Part shown: positions 45,680-60,441 of the stretch, piece after piece | How positions within the stretch are numbered: the first letter of the stretch is position 1 | Layout: each line of letters starts with the position of its first letter | Assembly: GCF_009914755.1 (NCBI RefSeq) | Contig: NC_060925.1 | DNA length: 64,000 bases | Strand: one strand, 5' to 3' | DNA from: the human T2T-CHM13v2.0 reference genome, Homo sapiens | The notes under the pieces: model-generated | What the model was told of the DNA's origin: nothing | What the model saw: the letters and a program-made list of their open reading frames with translations, nothing else | The model's database searches: none | Made by a program: the position numbers and the translations under genes

Positions 45680-48600
45680 GTGAGGCGTCTGGTGGGTGGA
45701 AGGAGAGAATTTCACCGGGCGGGGTGGAGTTGGGGGATGGGAAAAGGCCTGTTCTGCAGTTAGTCAGGTGGGCTGTGCTTACACTCCAGTCTCTCAGGGA
45801 GCTCTCCTCCAGGTATAGAGAACTGTTTGTGGGTGGGAGAAGGGAGGAGCCTTAGGCTGCCAAATGCTGGGAGAGCCCCTGGGGTTGGATGTGGGCGCCC
45901 TGTGCAGGAAGGCAGGTGAACCCTGGCAGAGATGCCTCCAGAAGCTGTGGCTATGTGGCACTTCAGCTGGGGCCCAGGCACCTTATTAAGTGGAGGGGTG
46001 TTCCTGGTTGTGGTCGCTTGTGTCTGTGAAGAAACAGTGACAGGAATGGGGACTGTGAAGGTCCAGTGAGTGCTGACCCCAGGGAGACAGTGGGAGAGGC
46101 CATAAGGAGTAAAATGTTTGGGTACTGAGAGTTTTTAGGGAATTCAGAGGATGGACAATGGAGAAGACCTGAATATGAGAGGGGAGCTCGGGGCCCCAAC
46201 TGGGATCTGTGGGTGTGAGGAGACGAGGAGGGTGCAGGACATTTACTGGACAAAAGGGCTTTGTTCTCCACAGGGCAGACACTGAGGGGAGGATGTAGTT
46301 TTCATCAGAACTGAGGGGTGGCCCTAATGGAAGGGGCTAGAAGCCAAGGGTTAGATGAGAGGGATGTCTCCACCAGGACAAGAGAGTAGCCCTTAGGGTC
46401 AGGGCAGGAGGAAGAACTTGCTGGCCACAGGAGGTGGCAGGTGGAAGCCTCTACCTGGTGTCAGCTGATAATAGGCAGCTGGCTCTGCACTGCCTGGAGA
46501 TGAGTAGTTGCTGCTTGAAAGGATGAGTGAGTGACTTTCCTTGTCTCTCGGTAGTTTGCACCTGAAATCCCCTTGTAGTAGAGCGAGATGCCTTTTAAAG
46601 CTACTGAGGGCATGCTCTGCCCTTCGAATCCCCCATGTGGCAGCTGGGGCCTTGCTACAGGGGTTTTGTCACCCCCTTGTGCCCATGGTGAACTGACTCA
46701 GGTCCATACTGCCCCACATGTGTCCCATTCAGTGTCTGAGCACGTGGTGCCTGCCCTCTTGAGAAAAGCCGCTTAGGCTCCCAGGCACCAATTAAACCGA
46801 TAGGTAGGCTCTTTCTCCACCCCCACCCCTTTGCCCACCTGGGAGCACCCGGGTCAGCTGTGATGACACATCCAGAGCTGGAGTGAGCAGCTTCCTGTTA
46901 CCCACATATCCTCACCAGGAAGGCAGAGAGCCACCAGCCCCACCCGGCTATTCCTGCTGAGTTGAAAAAATGGAATGGGGAAAGCCTCTGACTTCAGGAC
47001 CAAGGGTTGGAATAATTTTTCCACCCTGCTCTTGCTGGAATGTTGGGTTGGTACAAGAAATTTCAAGTTCCTTCTCTCCCAACTTTACCGTAAGGTCACA
47101 TGACCTCTTTGGGTTGAAGGATTTTAGCTGGCTGTAGGCTTTCCTCTCCATCCTAGTCTGGTTGACCTCCCCTTCCATCTGAGAATGGGTAGAAAAAGGG
47201 AATCTGAGCGTTCTTTATCCCGAGAGGGCCACTGAAATCAGAGTCACGGGGCAGCAGTCAGCAGATTGAAGCATCTCTGCTGAGTCACCCAGGCCTGCCA
47301 GCCCCGGGGCCGCACTCGCCTGCTGGGCTCTGACCCACTGGGAGCCCAGACCTTGCTCCCAGGAGCGGTGTTCTGCACAGGCCTGGGCCTGCTTGTCTAG
47401 ACCCATAGACAAGCCAGGGTTGACACCTGACTCCATTGTCAGGATGACTGGGCTGCCCTGCTTTCCTAAAGGGAAGCATAGGAACCCCCAAAGCTTTTTC
47501 TTTGTCTTTTTTTTTTTCCATCTAAGAGTGACCTTATATTGTCTTTCCAACTCCTGAGCAGATGGCTAACATGAGAAGGCCCCTTTCTCCCTGTCAGCCT
47601 GCTGTGGGGACCCTAACAGGGGTTCTTTGCGAGTCTGGGAAGGGGCTGCCTGCCTCAGAGGGAGGAGGGTCAGAGGTACAGCTTTCTCGTGCAGCTGGGA
47701 GCACAGGTGTGGAGCACATGTTCCTTGCAAATGGCAGCTGTTTCTGTGGTCTATCTTGAAAACTGCTTAATGCATTTACATTATGAAGAAAGAGAACCAC
47801 GATTCACATTTCCCAATTTACATAGCTAGTGCCCTTCCCCTCCCTCCACACAGCTTCACTTAAGCCTGGATACTTTCTGTTCCAACAGTGTCTACTGTGT
47901 GCCTCCCGGATATCGGGGATCCAGGCTGCTGGGCTAGTGTGTGAGAGGAAGCACCGGTGTCCCATGTCCAGGGCCGGGTTGACACGAGGACACTGAGTTC
48001 AGGCCCTGGGAGGAGGTGGAAACCCCAGGAAGTTCCACGGGAGCCAGGGCTGGGAAGCCCTGATCCGGCAGCTCCTTATAATCTGGCAGAGAGCCTAATC
48101 CAGCTTCATTTAGTGTTGTGAAAGGGGCCAGGGAGGTGAGTCCGGGGTGCCACCAAGGCCATGTGGAGGGGAGCCCCCAGGTGTGCGTGGGCTGAGGGTA
48201 GATCTCACTGGAGCAGGAAGAGGAATAGGGAAAGTTGGGTCTTGGACACTTGAGAGAACGTCCCAGCTCTGGCTTATCCAGACATTTGTCAGCACTTCTC
48301 AGCCCTCAGCCTTTGTGTAGAGCAAGATGTAAGGCCCTGGCTGGTAGGGTCCCTGAGCAGGGGGCATTCTGGTGTGGAGGGGGATCATGGAAGAAGTATG
48401 ACTCTCCCTCCACGGTTCTCCTCTTAGAGCTTGCCCAGCCCATTCACAAGGATTAATCTGGAGTCAGGTACCTGTGGAGTGGCCAGCCTATCTCAGGCAG
48501 GTTGGGGTGGGGTGAGGAGGTCATGGTGTGGGGGCCACAACTCCAGGTGTGGTGCTGGTGGCTGGGCATGGATAGGGAGCTGGGTGGCATGGGCCAAACA

Positions 48601-48899
48601 GGACTCTGTGATGGTCTGGAGAGAGGAGCAGTGGTTCCTGTGTAGCCCACCTGTGCCCTGCTTTGGGCTGGGGAACCTTGGGCATTTCTGCCTGCTACTG
48701 ACTGGGAGTTGAGTGATCTGGTCTTTTTAGTCAACCAGCTGCACGACAGGGGTATTAGGAGTGTGTTAGGAAGAGCTGCTACCCTACTAAACCTGACACA
48801 GTGAGCTGAAGGACCCAGAGACCCTCCTGCATACCCACTCTGTAATGGACAATGGTGGGAGCTGTGGCCCAGGCCAGTGGAGGACCCTGGCCTTCCACA

Positions 48900-49510
48900 C
48901 CCAATTGTTGAAACATCACCTCCATCTAGTTCCTAAACATTTTCAGCAACCCCAAGGAAACCCTGTACCCATTAAGCTGTTACTCCCCATTCCTTCCCCC
49001 ACCCCCACCCCAGCCCCCTGGCAGCCACTAATCAGCTTTCTGTCTCTGTGGATTTAACTGTTCTGGATATTTCATATAATGGAATCATTCATTATGTGGC
49101 CTTTCTTGTCTGGTTTGTTTCACTTAGCCTAACATTATTGAGGTTCACCCATGTTGGAGCATTACCGGCACTTTGTTTCTTTCATGGCCGAATAGTATTT
49201 CATTGCAAGAAATGTCACATTTTGTTGACCCATTCATCAGTTAATGGACATCTGAGTTATGTCCACCTTTTGGCTATTGTGAATATTGCTGCTATGAGCA
49301 TTTGTGTACAAATGAGTGTTGAATACTCATTTTCAATTCGTTTGGGAATTGAAAATATCTAGGAGTGGAATTGCTGGGTCATAAAGTAATTCTATGTTAA
49401 CTTTTTGAGGAACTCCCAAACTGTTTTCCACATCAGCTGTGCTGTTTTATGTTTTAGGTATGTTGCACAAAGCTTCCAATTCCTGCACATGCTCACCAAC
49501 ACTTATTTCC
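48900..49510 (-). mobile_element. L1 (L1M-type) 3' fragment
   Basis: Typical antisense L1 text: ttctggatatttcatataatggaatcat, ttggctattgtgaatattgctgctatg, aggagtggaattgctgggtcata. Confidence 0.85.
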
Positions 49511-50006
49511 TTTTTTTTTTTTTTTTTTTTTGAAGCAGGGTCTCACTCTGTTGCCCAGGCTGGAGTGCAGTGGTGTGTGTGATCATAGCTCACTGCAGCC
49601 TCGAACTCCTGGGCTCAAGCCATCCTCCTGCCTCAGCTTCCTGAGTAGCTGGGACTACAGGCATGCACCACCACACCTGGCTGTTTTTTTTATTTTTTGT
49701 AGAGACAGGTCTTGCTGTGTTGCCCAGGCTGGTCTTAAACTCCTGGACTCAAGCAATTTTCCCATTTTGGCCTCCAAAAGTGCTGGGACCACAGGTGTGA
49801 GCCGCTGTGTGCAGCCCACTTATTTCCTTTCTAAAAATTACTAGGGGCTGGGCTTGGTGACTCATGCCTGTGGCCCCAGCTACTTAGGAAGCTGAGGTGG
49901 GAGGATTGCTTAAGCCTGGGACGTCGAGACTACAGTGATCCACGATCATGCCATTGCACTCCAGTCTAGGCCATGGAGTGAGAACCCGTCTCAAAAAAAA
50001 AAAAAA
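49511..50006. mobile_element. Antisense Alu (~49511-49816) and sense Alu monomer (~49846-50006)
   Basis: Alu consensus in opposite orientations about 30 bp apart. Confidence 0.88.
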
Positions 50007-51721
50007 TTATTATAGTCATTCTAAGGGTGTGAAGCGTCTCTTAATTTGTTCGTATTTGTTTCTAAGCACCTGCTTTATGCCCTTTACTCAGTGTTTCATC
50101 TCATCGTCCTGATAGCTCTCAGCTGGTAAGTGACAGAGCCAGGATCTAAATTAGTGCCCAACTCCAACTTTAAAGCCCTTTCCTTTACCTTCCGCAGACC
50201 CTGTATCCTGTCTCATGGCTGTTCTTTTTGGCAAGTCTTTCTCCTTTTCTCACCCTCTGTCCTGTTCCAGCACTCTGAACAGCTTTCTCATCTTTTTCTT
50301 CTTGTTCACTAATTTTCTTTCCTTTGTTAAAGCATAATCTTTCCTTTGTTAAAGCTGTCCCTATCTGTGTACCAGCTCCTTGGCTCTGTTTACCTTGGTT
50401 GCCCTCTCTCCATCGAGTCCTGAAAGGTAGCTGTCACCCTGGGTACATGTGCTGGGGAAGGCAGGGCATGGAGAGCTCCCCACCTTCTTCAGACATGCCA
50501 GCTCCCTCCACGGGGAAGGAGAGCAAAGTGATGTTCTGTGATTGGAGACCCAACAGCAGATCCCAGGCATTGTAAACCTCTGTGAGGGGTAGGAAAAAGC
50601 CGGCGTCCTGCTGCAGGACTCCCAGGCTGGAATCTTGACCCTGGGGTAGAGAAGAGGGGCTAGCAAGAGGACCAGGATCCCAGCCCAAGGCCCCTCCACA
50701 CACCAGGCCCAGGAGTGTCTCTTCTCTCATTCCTGGGGATTTCCCAGCCAGCTCCGACTCTGCTTCTCAGAGTTGTAACTAGACAGCTCAGCCTCTCAGG
50801 GATCTGGAGGTCTTGGGTTTCCTCCAGGGATGGGGGCAGGGACTAAAGATCCTGGAGGGGAAGGATGGGGGGATGTCTGCTATTTCCTGTTAACATGCAG
50901 GGTGTTTCCCTTGTTCTCCAAACTTTGAAATAACCTTTCCTGGGTTTGGTCAGCTTGTGTGTGAAGAAGGCAGATCCAAGTGAGATAAATGTGAGGTTTG
51001 CCCCAGAGGGAGGCTACCCCATTCTTGATTTGAGGAGTGTCTCAGTGCAGGCTGGGGCTCCAGGCAAACTCTGCCTACATCCCCGTGTCCTTCTTTGCAT
51101 CCCTGATGGGTGGAGTTGGGGACTGCAGGATCTAAGGAGGAGGCTGGTGGTGGGGAGAAGCTCTTAGATGCTTTCCTGAGGTTGGGCTCCAGGCTACAAG
51201 CAGGAATGAGCTCAGTCTCAACTAGGATCTCGTGGTGAGTCCGTAGTAAAAGTCTCTGGTTGGCAGGGGGAGTTATTGAAGGGAGTTAATTCAGATGGAA
51301 GTGGTTGCCGAGGTGTTCCAGCCTCGAATGCAAAAACCACAAACAGGATCTTGGTATCTCCCACAGAGTGTTCCCTCAAGCACCCCCCACCGCCTCCCGC
51401 AACACACACAAACCTCTTCTCTCTCTTGTTCTGAGGTTTGCCCACATGCATGCAGGTACACACACACACACCCCTAAGCACGAGATGGGGCTGGGTGGGC
51501 AAGTGGAGTCTGCATGGAGACCAGTGAGATTAAGGGTTACCTCCAGTGAGGAAGGCTGGAGATGCCACCGTGATGTCTTCAGAGGTGATTTTAAATGCTA
51601 TGGCCAATATTTGGACCTTTCTAAGGATTTGCATGCCCTCAGATATGGAGAAGGCAGGACGGGGCTGGGGAGAACTCCTTTCTTTTTCCTTGCTCTCTCA
51701 GGGTGTAAAAACCCACAGTCT

Positions 51722-52035
51722 GGCCGAGTGCAGCTTGGCTCAGGCCTGTAATCCCAGCACTTTAGGAGGCCAAGGCAAGAGGATTGCTTAAGCCCAGGAG
51801 TTTGAGACCAGCCTGGGCAACATGGCAAAACCCTTTCTCTACAAAAAAATACACAAATTAGCCAGGTGTGGTGGCATGTACCCGTAGTCCCTGCTACTGG
51901 GGAGGCTGAGGTGGGAGGATTTGAGCCTGGGGAGGTCAAGGCTGCAGTGAACCATGATTACCTTACTGCACTCCAGCACTCCAGCACTCCAGCCTGGGCA
52001 ACAGAGTGATTCTGACTCAACAAAAAACAAAAAAA
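51722..52035 (+). mobile_element. Alu (J-like) with internal (gcactcca)3 slippage
   Basis: Alu body with gcactccagcactccagcactccagcc near 51968-51994. Confidence 0.88.
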
Positions 52036-52440
52036 GCCTGCAGTCTTAGCTATATGAAATTCCAGTTTCATCGCTGTGGAGTGAGGCTGGGCTGTGGTTG
52101 ATAACCACTGATTAGACTCTTGCTTCCTAAAAAGGTGGCAGAGGGCCAGCTCTCCCAGCCAAAGGTATCTTAAGCTGTGGATCTGTCAGAGCTACCCAGC
52201 CCTCCAAGGTGAGGTTAGGCCCTGAGTTTTGGAGCCAGACAGGATTTATATTCTAGGTTCTTTACTTACTAGTGGTGTAGTCCTGGGCAAGTTACATCTG
52301 TAGGCCTTGGTTTTCTCTCCTGTAAAATGGAAATAATAGTGCTACCCATCTTGTGAGGTTAATACTGGGATTAAATGAATTAATAGGTGTAAACACTGAG
52401 AGACAAGTCTGACGTATGTCAAGAAATGTTAGTGTTTGAA

Positions 52441-53195
<755 letters not shown>

Positions 53196-53870
53196 TAATT
53201 GTTATCCTTATCCTTTGTCCAAAACATTTAGAATTTGAGAAAAAGAGAAGAGCCCAGAGGCCATAGGGAAAATATGCCACCTTTCTGGAAGCCAGTGGAA
53301 CTGAGTCCTCCACAGGGAAGAGAATAAAATGGGGATATGTTCTGTGACTGGAGACTGACCCGCTCAATCCAGGCATTGCAGACCTTCATGTCACCAAGGA
53401 GGTGTCCAGGCCTCTGTGGAGGGACGGAAGGAGCTGGTGTCCTGCTGCAGGACTGTTAGGCTCAAGTCTGGGTCCTAGGGTAGAGAAGAGGGGTGGACGA
53501 GGGGGCCAGGGCTTCAGCCCAGGCCTCTGCACCCACCATCAGGCCCCAGCTGTTTTTCCCAGGAGTGTTTCTTCTCCTCTCATTAATGGGGATTTCACAG
53601 CCAGCTTCAACTCTGCTTTTCCATTTGTAAGCCAGAAAGATGCCAAATCAAGGGAGGAGAGAGCCAAGCTGCTAGGAAGGAGCCACGGCAGGTGGAGACT
53701 TTGCTATTTTACACTCCTGTATAGTCCTAAAACACTTTTGCTTTTCACAGCATTTCACATCCATTTCTTATTAGCTCCTCCCACTCTCCCCCTAAGTAGT
53801 TGGGACAGACTCTGTCCCTGTTACAAAGATGAGCAAATGGCAGTGATGCAGCCAGACTCAGAACCCATTT

Positions 53871-55052
<1,182 letters not shown>

Positions 55053-56333
55053 TTACGCTGCCTAGATTCAGATTCAGCGTTTAATGAGCACCTTCTGTAT
55101 GCTTCGCACTATGCCAGCTTGCCAGACGTCATCTTGTATAGCTCTCACAAAAGACCTGAGAGTAGCTGTGATTACCCACTTTTTGTCGGCGAGGACACTG
55201 AAGGTCAGGAAAATGGAGAGATGGGCTTTTTGCTGTCACTGCAGGGAACAAGGCAGAAAGAAGCAGCCTAATTGCAGGTTAGGGTTTTAAGTCAGGCTAC
55301 TGGGACAGTTAAGACCTTGGAGCAGATCACTTAAGGGAGACTGTGGGTATGAAAGGTCAGAAATTCTGAGAAGCAGAGTCCTGAAGGTATGAGCACCTGC
55401 TGGGAGGTCAAGGGGGGATGAGGGGAGACCCAAAGCAAACATAAGAGGGAAGTCCTGACTTCAGGAGTGATTAGGGATGGGGTTGTGGTTGTCCACAGCA
55501 TCCCCAGGGGGAAGTGTAACCTGGAAAAGCCCCAGTGGAAGCCCACAGAGGAGCCGCCCTCCCCTGGCTCCTGAGTTTGGCAGGGCTATTATTTTCAATC
55601 GTGTTTTCCAATAACTTTGTACCTTGGCAGAATCAAGCCAAGTGACTTATGCCTGTAATTGGCAGGGACTGTTTCCAGTTCTGGTGCATGTGACTGGGCC
55701 ACTATCTTTGTGTTTAACCCCTTCCCCCACATATATCTGACCACACCCCTGCCCCCTCCCATACATACTAAGGGCAAATGATCTGACCCAGCCTTGCTTG
55801 GGGTGTGCTGTGTGTAAAAATACATGGGGTTGAGCCATTTCCTGCTGCTTCCGTTGTTGTATGGCGATAAGACACTGGGGACTCAGCTGTGGACAGAAAG
55901 ATCCTCCAACAGGCTGAGAGGAACCAGGCACCAGGGGAGCAGGTCTCAGGCCTCCCCGCTTTCAGCCCACCTTACATTTCCCATCTTTCCTATCTCCTGT
56001 GACCTTTTCCTCCTTTCTCTCCCTCCCCATCATCCTTTCTTAGTCTCTCTTCTCCTTTCCTTGTCTCTCCGACTTTGGTGCCACCCTGATGCACTCGGGA
56101 AGCCTGCCCGCCTGGTGGGGAGTGAAGGGGGCTGTCATTTCCTTCCTACGCATTCACCCTCTGCAAAGCTGGGCGGCTAGTAGCCTCAGGCCCCCAAACT
56201 GGTCCCTGCTTCCCTTGGCCTTTGAGTTACTTCTGGGGCTTTAGTCCTCGGGGACCTGGCCAGCAGGGTGGGGGTGGGGCATGCTCCTCTCCCAATTCTC
56301 GGATACTAGGAAGGACTGGGGGCTCCCACCATT

Positions 56334-56375
56334 ATGAAGCGGAAAAGGTTACCAATGACTCTGGAGAGCCGTAAG
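56334..56375 (+). CDS. TMCC2: Candidate alternative coding first exon, 14 aa MKRKRLPMTLESRK; 474-aa isoform if joined to exon 3
   Basis: attATG (A at -3) preceded by an in-frame TAG (56307-56309); donor AAG|gtaatg in phase 0; GT/CACCC boxes at 56266-56280 and CCAAT at 56292-56296. Confidence 0.5.
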
Positions 56376-56562
56376 GTAATGGAGGGCCTGGGAGAGGTGT
56401 CAGCAGAGGCAGGGTGGCCCGCTGAGCTGCGTTGTTAGTGAACATGGGGTGGCGAGGGCAGGCAGGCAGGGCACAAAGTGTAGGCGGTCAGCCCTGAGGG
56501 AGAGGCCTGCTCAAGGCAGGAGCCTTATGAAGTGGTTGAGTCCAGAGAGAAAATTTGTCTCA

Positions 56563-57048
<486 letters not shown>

Positions 57049-57265
57049 CTAGACTGCATTTTGGGGATGCTGTGGGGACGGGGTAGAGAGCAGATGTGAA
57101 AGCCCTGTGTAAGTGGCTGTCAGGGATACTGCTCTTGTGGTGGTTGTCTTCTTTTGGACTCCTGCATCCATTTTCTAGATAGAAAAACCAAGTCCAGAGG
57201 CATCCAGGGGCACTCCTATGGTCCCAGGGTTTACCCATGCTTCCTCTGCCTGCCTCTTTCCCCAG

Positions 57266-58200
57266 GTCGATAAGGGAGACCTGGTGGCCCTGAGCCTCCC
57301 CGCCGGCCATGGTGACACCGACGGCCCCATCAGCCTGGACGTGCCCGATGGGGCACCGGACCCCCAGCGGACCAAGGCCGCCATTGACCACCTGCACCAG
57401 AAGATCCTGAAGATCACCGAGCAGATCAAGATTGAGCAGGAGGCTCGCGACGACAATGTGGCGGAGTATCTGAAACTGGCCAACAACGCGGACAAGCAGC
57501 AGGTGTCACGCATCAAGCAAGTGTTCGAGAAGAAGAACCAGAAGTCAGCCCAGACCATCGCCCAGCTGCACAAGAAGCTGGAGCACTACCGCCGGCGCCT
57601 GAAGGAGATTGAGCAGAACGGGCCCTCGCGGCAGCCCAAGGACGTGCTGCGGGACATGCAGCAGGGGCTGAAGGACGTGGGCGCCAACGTGCGCGCAGGC
57701 ATCAGCGGCTTTGGGGGTGGCGTGGTGGAGGGCGTCAAGGGCAGCCTCTCTGGCCTCTCACAGGCCACCCACACCGCCGTGGTGTCCAAGCCCCGGGAGT
57801 TTGCCAGCCTCATCCGCAACAAGTTTGGCAGTGCTGACAACATCGCCCACCTGAAGGACCCCCTGGAAGATGGGCCCCCTGAGGAGGCAGCCCGGGCACT
57901 GAGCGGCAGTGCCACACTCGTCTCCAGCCCCAAGTATGGCAGCGATGATGAGTGCTCCAGCGCCAGCGCCAGCTCAGCCGGGGCAGGCAGCAACTCTGGG
58001 GCTGGGCCTGGTGGGGCGCTGGGGAGCCCTAAGTCCAATGCACTGTATGGTGCTCCTGGAAACCTGGATGCTCTGCTGGAAGAGCTACGGGAGATCAAGG
58101 AGGGACAGTCTCACCTGGAGGACTCCATGGAAGACCTGAAGACTCAGCTGCAGAGGGACTACACCTACATGACCCAGTGCCTGCAGGAGGAGCGCTACAG
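57266..58200 (+). CDS. TMCC2: TMCC2 coding exon 3 ([12 protein letters not shown]...QEERY, coiled-coil core)
   Basis: Acceptor ctctttccccag|GTC; donor CAG|gtaggt (phase 2). Contains TMCC family motifs [22 protein letters not shown] and [11 protein letters not shown]. Confidence 0.97.
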
Positions 58201-58354
58201 GTAGGTGCCTGCCCACCCGCTCCTGCAGCCCAGCCGGACGTGGGATGAGGCAAGGAGCACTGGGTTTCAGACCCAGGGTGTGGAGGCAGTCAGAGGAGCA
58301 TCCTCAGCGTCCTGGCTGCTGGAAGGAGCCAGCACGAGGCCCTAAGGAGCCTTC

Positions 58355-58600
58355 TTTCTTTTTTCCTTCTGTATTTTTTTGGAGGCGGAGTGTCTCTCTG
58401 TCGCCCAGGCTGGAGTGCAGTGGCACGATCTCAGCTCACTGTAACCTCTGCCTCCTGGGTTCAAGCGATTCTCCTGCCTCGGCCTCCTGAGTAGCTGGGA
58501 TTACAGGCACGCACCACTACACCCCGCTAATTTTTTGTATTTTTAGTAGCGACAGCGTTTCACCATGTTGGCCAGGCTGGTCTCGATCTCCTGACCTCAA
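58355..58600 (-). mobile_element. Alu (antisense, 5'-truncated), ~155 bp downstream of exon 3
   Basis: Antisense Alu ending abruptly at ctcctgacctca. Confidence 0.88.
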
Positions 58601-59049
58601 TTCAGGGATGACATTAATTCCTTCTTCATAGGGTCATAAAGATACAATGAGTCCAGACCTGTAAAGTCGAAGCATGTGAATGGATGTATAGCTTCCAAAA
58701 CATGAACCTCCAGTCGGAGCTCCTGGGGCCAGCCTGGAACAGAGCTGACATCTCTCGGCCTCTCCTTCTGTGTCTCCCTCCGGTCCTGTGCTGCCCTTTT
58801 CTGCCCTTGGCTCTGTGCCTCTGCAGCACTTGCCGCTCGCTCCCTGGGCTTGTGGGGGGATCTTTTCCTTAGCTAGCACTTTCTCTTTTTCTTCTCCATA
58901 TATATAAAGAAGGCTTGGAAAATTGAAGGGGAGCCCCACCTAAAAGCTAACCACTCCTCACATAACACTCATCTTACGCTATTTTGTGCCTTCAGAGCCG
59001 GGATTGTGTCCTCTACACCCATGTGTCCCTGGTACCCAGAGAGCATCTG

Positions 59050-59290
59050 AGCCTAGGGCTTAAGAGCCCAGGTTGAAGTCAGCCAATCCTTAACTCCTCC
59101 ATTCATGAGCTGCGTGATCCTAGGCAGGCTCCTCAGCCTCCACGCCTCAGTCTTCTCCTCTGTAAAATGGAGATGACACTGGCACCTATCTCATGGGATT
59201 GTGGGGAGGATCCTATGAGGTCATGTAGGTAAAATGCTTAGCACAGTGCCTACACCTAAGAAGTGCTGTGTAAATAGTAGCTTCTATTGT
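59050..59290 (+). mobile_element. MIR
   Basis: cctcagtcttctcctctgtaaaatggagatga...aaaatgcttagcacagtgcct. Confidence 0.75.
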
Positions 59291-59436
59291 TGTTGCTGTT
59301 AAAATTAGAACAGAGCAGAGCTGGACACGTGGGGTGGGCTGAGTCATTGTTTATTGAGAGAATGAATGAATCAACTGTGGGAGAGAGTGGAAGCTCGGGG
59401 AGCCAGGACTGGTGTCACTCTCTCTCCCTCCGCCAG

Positions 59437-59572
59437 GTATGAGCGGCTGGAGGAGCAGCTCAACGACCTGACTGAGCTTCATCAGAACGAGATGACGAAC
59501 CTGAAGCAGGAGCTGGCCAGCATGGAGGAGAAGGTGGCCTACCAGTCCTATGAGAGGGCACGGGACATCCAG
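59437..59572 (+). CDS. TMCC2: TMCC2 coding exon 4 ([11 protein letters not shown]...RARDIQ)
   Basis: Acceptor ctccctccgccag|G; donor CAG|gtatgg; 136 nt restores phase 0. Confidence 0.97.
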
Positions 59573-60129
59573 GTATGGCCAGGGCAACCTTGGGAGGCCC
59601 CAGATGTGCTGGTAGAGCTGGCAGCAGCCAGAGGGTTAGGGTTCTTGTCACGTGGGGCATGATAGACACAGGCTGGCCTGTTGGCCGGGGCCGATAGGCA
59701 CATGGATGAAGAGGGCAGCGTAGCGGGAGCGGAGTGGAGTGAGCAAGACAGGCCTGAGGCTGACAGCGTGCACTGTGCAGAGGCAAGCCCACAGGGCAGA
59801 GGCCACCATGCCCCCCACCTCTTTGATGGCAGCTTCGCAAATGAGTAATTGGAGTTTCCAGGCTCCAGCCTGCCTCAAGAGGGAGCCAGCTGGGATTGGG
59901 CCAGCTCTTTTCCTTCCCTAGTAATCAAGACTCTCATTTCCTAGCATCCTCCCCAAAGAGTCATCCTTAAAGGTCTCTGACCCCAGTTGCAGCTGGTCAA
60001 CCTCCACTCCTCCTGGCCTTTGGAGAGGAGACTTCGTTATAGGCACCTTCTCAGTGGGGTAGGTAGGTTTTCAGCCTAGGGGTCCTGCCCATCCTGAGCG
60101 CGCACATGCCAGCCCCTCTGCCCCTGCAG

Positions 60130-60441
60130 GAGGCCGTGGAGTCCTGCCTGACCCGGGTCACCAAGCTGGAGCTGCAGCAGCAACAGCAGCAGGTGGTACA
60201 GCTGGAGGGCGTGGAGAATGCCAACGCGCGGGCGCTGCTGGGCAAGTTCATCAACGTGATCCTGGCGCTCATGGCCGTGCTGCTGGTGTTCGTGTCCACC
60301 ATCGCCAACTTCATCACGCCCCTCATGAAGACACGCCTGCGCATCACCAGCACCACCCTCCTGGTCCTCGTCCTGTTCCTCCTCTGGAAGCACTGGGACT
60401 CCCTCACCTACCTCCTGGAGCACGTGTTGCTGCCCAGCTGA
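60130..60441 (+). CDS. TMCC2: TMCC2 coding exon 5 ([10 protein letters not shown]...HVLLPS*), Q6 tract and two hydrophobic/TM segments
   Basis: Acceptor cccctgcag|GAG; TGA at 60439-60441; hydrophobic segments [23 protein letters not shown] and [15 protein letters not shown]. Confidence 0.97.
   Translation, partial: EAVESCLTRVTKLELQQQQQQVVQLEGVENANARALLGKFINVILALMAVLLVFVSTIANFITPLMKTRLRITSTTLLVLVLFLLWKHWDSLTYLLEHVLLPS

Noticed and set aside
57218-57265. In-frame upstream ATG extending exon 3 ([16 protein letters not shown])
   Set aside because: Runs through the polypyrimidine tract and acceptor; most simply intron read-through
60175-60192. CAG/CAA tract encoding Q6 as an expansion locus
   Set aside because: Short and CAA-interrupted, so unlikely to be unstable
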